Assembly (NCBI RefSeq): GCF_009914755.1
Contig: NC_060936.1
Direction: 5' to 3' (one strand)
DNA: 64,000 bases
Origin: the human T2T-CHM13v2.0 reference genome, Homo sapiens
Both the position numbers and the translations under genes were made by a program. This document shows, in pieces, positions 57,461 through 64,000 of this stretch. The stretch's first letter is position 1, and the number at the start of each line of letters is the position of its first letter. The notes under the pieces are model-generated. The model did not search any database. It was not told the DNA's origin and saw only the letters and a program-made list of their open reading frames with translations.

Positions 57461-58956
57461 TATCATTTGCCTATAGCTGCCTCCAATCCAAGTGGCCATG
57501 GTAATATACGCCCATATTTTTCTGCTCCCATGACTTCGATGGTAACATTCAAGAAGGAAATGTGGACTTTTGAGTTTCCCGTGACTCTTCTTATATCTTA
57601 AGTGGAGTTTTTGTTACGGCTCTTTTATTTTATTTTAGCCATCTCCCTACCGCAGGCCTCTCCACAGGCACAGTCTCCAGTGAGGAAAGTGAAACTATGG
57701 GACGATGTTAGTAGGACCTGCCTTGGTAGACTTCAATATTACCCTTTCCTTATGATCTCAATGGACCAAACTTGACCTCTTCAACTCTTTCTGCCGTTAG
57801 AAAGGAAAATCTTTCTCACATGCCTCTGAGGTTTCTTGCATATTAGGCCTCTGTTGGACCTCAGACTTTGTGAGCTGCAGGGTACTCAAGGTTACGCTCT
57901 TAAGCAGGGGCTCCTGCTATGCTTGAGTTTGCGTTGTTTTTAGAGGGCTTTCCAATCTGCAATAAGACAGAATTTGTGAACCGGTGCCCCCACTCACAAA
58001 ACACATTGCCTCCAAGTGCTTCTAAGAAAAATGTGACCTAGCCAAGGATTAACAGAAAATGAGAAGTTGGAAGAGTTGATGTTAAAATGGAAGAGTAATA
58101 TACTTGACATTAGGGCTCTGCCAAAAATGTTGTACTTTTATTGCCAGTTTTGGACTAACCCGATAGACACTGAGGTCACTCTGGTCTTCTTTCACGTTCT
58201 TTGTCATGGGGTTCTTTCCAGCTTGAGAAACTTGATGCAGGGTGTTTCCTCTGCTTGGGCTGTCCACTACACCTCCCGTTTCCATGTTGCCACATTCCCT
58301 TTCCTCCACTGGGTTTCAGCCTGAATATCACTTCACCAGAGAAGCGATGAGGAACATTAGGAAACCTTCACTTGGCCCCTGTAATTCTTTCTTAGCACCC
58401 TGTATATTTCCTTCACAGCACTTGCCACAATTTGTGCCTTTATATTGTTTTATTTATTTATTTATTGATGTAATATCTATCTCCTTTCCTCCAACCTACT
58501 TGAAGGCAGGACCATATCTGTCTTAATCAAGGCTTCTTCTAACACCAAGAGCTCTGGCAAGATTAGAAAATGTGCCCACTGATGTCCCACCGACTGAGCA
58601 TATTTTGCAGGGCACAATCTGTTTCCCCAGATCTTACGACAGGTCTTGACACCTAAGAGCAATATCTTATTTGTTGAATGAAATCATAAAATATAATCGT
58701 CTTCTCTTCTGAGATACTTTTCTTTCTGCCAATTTGGATTACATAGTTCCCCCAGGTCTCAAGGCCTCAGTGATCTTTTGCCTTAAGAAACTCTCAGAAA
58801 TGACAGTTGGGAATTACTTGGATATTAGGTACCTATGCTATTCTTCTGTTGTATGTCCTTTAAATAGCTTTTTGTCTTTTTCCCAAATTATATGATTATT
58901 TGTATATGTCCAAAAAATTAAAGCTTAGAGCAACATTGGTGGGAAATGGGAACTTA

Positions 58957-59180
<224 letters not shown>

Positions 59181-60319
59181 ATCAATAACAATGACTAGTG
59201 AAAACTTGAGTCTTCACAGAGATTTCTGTCCAGCCATCAGCTTAAAAGATAAGAGACACTTTGAAAAAAAAACAACAACAACAACAAAAAACCCATGGGA
59301 TAAGGACAGGGAACTAAATGACCAAATTCCCAGTAAATTTTAGTGGCACAATTATTTAATAAAATCACATCTACAAACATTGATTTATTTTAAAATAAGA
59401 ATAAGCATAAGTAAAACACATACTGTGGAAGGCAAAATCACGTTTAGATGTGTAAAAACCTACTGTAGGAGAACAATATGGGACAGGGTAGCAAAGAATT
59501 AAAGTGCATAAAAATGTATTTAATAAATAATCAACAAAGTGCAATGGACAGAGTACTCGAGAATAGTTTGGACTAGATGCTTTTTTTAGTGGGATTCTTT
59601 CTCTTAAGTATTAACCTGTTTAATTGGAAATGAAATATTTGTTTTTTTTAATGGGAAATCTGCATTTCATTGTAAACTAGAACACATTGTCCTCGACGTC
59701 TTTACTCTTTGCTAACATATTCTAAGTTTCTTTTGTGTTTAATATTTAATATAGAAAGAGAAACTACCAAAAAGCCTAGAATAGAGGCATATTTATATAC
59801 AGGTTCTAATCACTGTTTTTGGCCCTTGGACAAAATTGTAAGAATGATTTCAAAGCCAGTGCCTGAACTCTGTTTGGGCTCATTCAGCCCAAGCTTGTGA
59901 GTTAGGCTCCTCTTTTGCCACTAGCTCAGCCTTTCTACCCCAACCTGAGTCATTCCAACCCACACATCTGATTTCACACACAAAGAAACTTGTAATGTTA
60001 ATTCTAAAATTATAGACATCATTACTGAGCTAATCATTGTATTACGCAATCATTTTTGTTGTAATTGTTCCAATGAACCAACATGTTTTTTAACAATTTA
60101 TATAGAGGACAATAGACTTTATTAACTTCTATATTTAATGAAAAGTCAGATCACTGGTTAGAGTTCACTATTTCTCTTGACTGTGCTTTGGAAAATTATA
60201 TTAATTGCAGAATTAAATGAAATAGAAAATTTCCTTATTCTACTACTGATGGTATTTTCTCCCTGTGCCTCAGTTTCTTTATAAAATGGAGATAAAATAT
60301 TTGATTTGTCACCTTATTG

Positions 60320-60738
60320 TTCTATTTACTAAGGTAATGCTAGTGGATATAACTGATAAATCCCACATTCTCAATGGCCTGACAAAATAAAATCTGGCAC
60401 TTGTTCAACATAAGTATTCCTATCTGAGTATATCCTCTGTAATTAGTGGTTTAGGAGCCATGTTGCTTCCATATTCTGGTTACATCATCTTCACATGTGG
60501 CCTCCAAATTTACTGAGGAAGGGGAATGACGCTGTGGGAAAAGAAGAACTGATACACACAGCTACAGCCTGTAAACGACACACATCACACCTCATGCACA
60601 AGCACAATGCACATCCCATTCCTAGATATAAGGGAGCAGGGAAATGTCGTCCTAGCTGGGCAGCTGCCTCCAGCAGTAACTCTACACTAAGGAGGGGAAA
60701 TAGGATCCTTTGGCGGTCAGCTAGCCTCTTTAACAACG
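60320..60738 (-). mobile_element. MLT1J/K-type LTR inserted into a MIR (~60255-60320, ~60745-60810)
   Basis: 'agggagcagggaaatgtcgtcctagctgggcagctgcctccagcagtaactctacac'; MIR 'ctgtgcctcagtttctttataaaatgg' upstream and 'aaagcttagaacagt' downstream. Confidence 0.7.
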
Positions 60739-61773
60739 CCTGTTTGTAGAGTTGCAGGGAGGACTAAATTAATGAATCCAGGTGAAAAGCTTAGAACAGT
60801 AGCCATTATATACAAACTAGGGATAGAGAACCCTTCCTTCTCCTCCTCCTCCTTTCTCTTCTTCCTTCTCCTCCTCCTTCACATTTTCTTATGATGCTTA
60901 AATAGTTACCCCTATATTACTACTTGAAACTCAGCAATTGCTCTTTATAATCAACATTTACCCTTTTCTTAGGATATTTTTCTCTAACTTTTGCAAAATT
61001 ATTAATATTCTATTTCCTTTTGTTTTATCTTTTGCATACATTTGGGCCTCTAACATATACTTAGATTATCAAGAATCATAGTTGGATTATCATGAATATC
61101 TAGGTTTTGTGATGCCTCTGGGAAAATCTTTTGTTAGAGGATACTTTGTTCTTTCTCTTTTCATGGAGAAAGCAATCTGAAATTTCGGCTGGAGAAAACA
61201 TATAAATTTGTCTGACTCTTCTCAAAAGCCTGGTCCTCAATTAAACTGCCTCAAAGGTAGCACACGCTCCTTGTTTGGAGGGTTGGTTGTTATTCCCATA
61301 ATTAACTTTAAGGTCACATGTGCCAGGACAATGTTCTCCTATCTATACAGACATATTCTGAAGTATGTCCTAGAATTTAGTTTTGGTTTTACCACTTAAG
61401 ATAGTAGAATTGTTGTCTGGGCCAACTCTTCCAATCTTTCCTTCCTGCCGTGAATCTTTAGGTCCAGGAAACACACATAGCTTTTTTTTTTTTTTTTTCC
61501 TCCAACTTGTACATTTTGCGTTTGTATAGACTGAAGCACACTTTGTTAACAAGAAAATGTCTCAGTATACCATCTGTAATTTCAGTTTTCAGTTTACTGT
61601 ATATTTGCTGAAGCAGCGGTTAAGAGAAACGTGCAGCTAATAGAATAATGTGTAACAAATAGTGAATTGTATGTATTTTAAAGGGTTATACTTTGGCATC
61701 TTCCCCTTGCAATCTTGACAGAATGAAACTGGACTTGCTCTCATACCAAAAAGAACAACACTAGGCAAAATAA

Positions 61774-62140
<367 letters not shown>

Positions 62141-63044
62141 CAAGATTGTAATTTTTGAGAAAAAATAAAAAAAAATATGAGATGAGGTCTAGAAATGGTT
62201 ATGATCACCCGCAGCTTTTCCTACAGGCACTGTCCTGCCACAGAGCAGGCTTATGGAACTTAAGTAGAGTAGCAGTCTCACTTTGCAGAGAAGGAGATTG
62301 GAATTTTAGGCTATCTCAGTTCCTGAAATTTGCTGAGCAAGGTACCTGAAAGGCAAAAGCTTCACAGATGAAGGTGCCTAAAAGTCTATGGAGGAGTTTA
62401 CTGCATGTTGTTGGCAAATGATTGAGATGCATGTGCACAAGACAAGTTGCCAAGAGTCCCAGCAGAGATTTCCTGATACATTGATGGGAGTTTGGGGGTT
62501 TCAGCCCAGCCAACATAAAAAGACTTTGCTAAAAGACTTAGATGTTCAGTTGAGACTCCATACCCTAGAGTAAGGAGCATGTGCCAGGACTAAGCTTAAA
62601 ATTGGAATAAATCTGCCATAACAAAAAATAAAATCAAACCTAATAGACCAAAAGTTTCTGCCAATAATTTAATTGCCTTTCAGAAGAAATTCAACATCCC
62701 TTAAAGAAAGATCACATAATCCAGACTCTCCACTACATATCATTCACAATGATAAAACAATTACTAGACATGCAAAGAAACACGAAATAGTGGCCCACAG
62801 TCAAAAGAAATATCAGTCATTATAAACAAATCCTATGATGATCTAGATATTTGAATTAGTAGACAAGGCCTTTAAAATAGCTATTATCAATGTGTTTAAG
62901 GACTAAATGTAAAGTGTGATTATAATTAATGAACAGAAAGGAAATCTCAGCAGAGAATTAGGAACTATGAAAAGTTAATCAAAAGAAAATTCTAGAACTG
63001 AAAACATGATAATTGAAATTTAAAAGAAAAAAATTACTGGGCTG

Positions 63045-63649
63045 AGCAGTCCCTCTTCTGAGTAGATAAAGAAACTGAAATCACTACCTTATAAAGATAT
63101 CTGCACTCTCAAGTTAATTTGCAGCATTATTTCCTATAGCCAAGATATGGAAACAACCAAAGTGTCCATCAATGGATGAATGGATAAAGAAATTGTGATA
63201 CACTCACACGCACACCAACATGCACCATACACAGAAAAACAAACTGTATGATTTTACTTATATGTGGAATCTTTTTAAAAAAGTACAATAAGTGGAAATA
63301 GGAAATAAAATTGTTGTTACCGGGGGTGAGAGAGTGAGACAGAGAAAATGGGGAGATGTAGGTCAAAGAATACAAAGTAGCAGATATGTAGCATGAACAA
63401 GTCTAGAGATCTGATGTACATCATGAGGACTACAGTTAATGAAATTTTATTGTATTTGTGATTTTTGCTAAGAGAGTAGATTTTAGGTGCTCTTGCCACC
63501 AAAAAGGGGTAACTAAGGGTAACTATAGGAGATGATGGATATGTTCATTTGCTTGACTCTTACAACCATTTCACCATATATATCAAAACATGTTGTACAA
63601 CTAAAATATATACAATAAAAGAAGTAAAAAAAGAAAGTAAAAAAAAAAA
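63045..63649 (+). mobile_element. L1MB-like 3' end
   Basis: 'atagccaagatatggaaacaaccaaagtgtccatcaatggatgaatggataaag...gtagcagatatgtag...gtctagagatct' plus A tail. Confidence 0.85.
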
Positions 63650-64000
63650 TCCCTAGGTAGGCTTAACAGCACATTTAAAATGGCAGTAAGGGACAGTGAA
63701 TTTGAAGGTATATTGTTAGAAATTATCTAATCTGAAGAACAGAGAGAAAAAAGACTGAAAAAAAAATAGCGCCTCATTGACATGACAGAAATTTCCTAAT
63801 GACTAAAAGATCAATTTCAATTCATCAGGAAGACAGAGCAATTGTAGATGCATATGTTCCTAATAGCGTGTCCAACTATGTGAAGCATGAATTTATAGAA
63901 CAAAAGGGAAAACAGACAAATTCACAATCATAGTTGAAAATTTCAATATCCTACTCTCAATAATTGATAGTAAAAGTAGACAAGAAAATAGTAAAGAATA

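Overview
This is AT-rich primate (human-like) euchromatic DNA, intergenic or deep intronic. I can recognise no protein-coding exon, RNA gene, CpG island or prokaryotic system, and I cannot name the locus. The ORF track is explained by repeats, low-complexity sequence or chance. Roughly half the window is interspersed repeats: Alu (J, S, FRAM), L1 (PA, PB, MA, MB, ME), L2, MIR, MaLR LTRs (THE1, MST, MLT1), ERVL (MLT2, ERVL-int, LTR40-like) and DNA transposons (MER53, MER102, MER103, Tigger3a). Many have readable target-site duplications (TSDs) and nested insertions. Subfamily names are from recalled consensus features, not a search. The most unusual observation is a decayed but collinear non-LTR reverse-transcriptase core at ~39.3-39.9 kb. 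Its motifs fit neither L1, mammalian L2 nor L3/CR1 well and resemble Crack/Daphne/L2-group LINEs. Other items worth checking: two neighbouring twin-primed (5'-inverted) L1s, a 28-bp AT minisatellite grown inside an L1, a rare L2 endonuclease-domain remnant, a MER53 hairpin carrying the miR-1302 5' sequence, duplicated (GGGT)4 G-quadruplex motifs, and a ~580-bp polypyrimidine tract.
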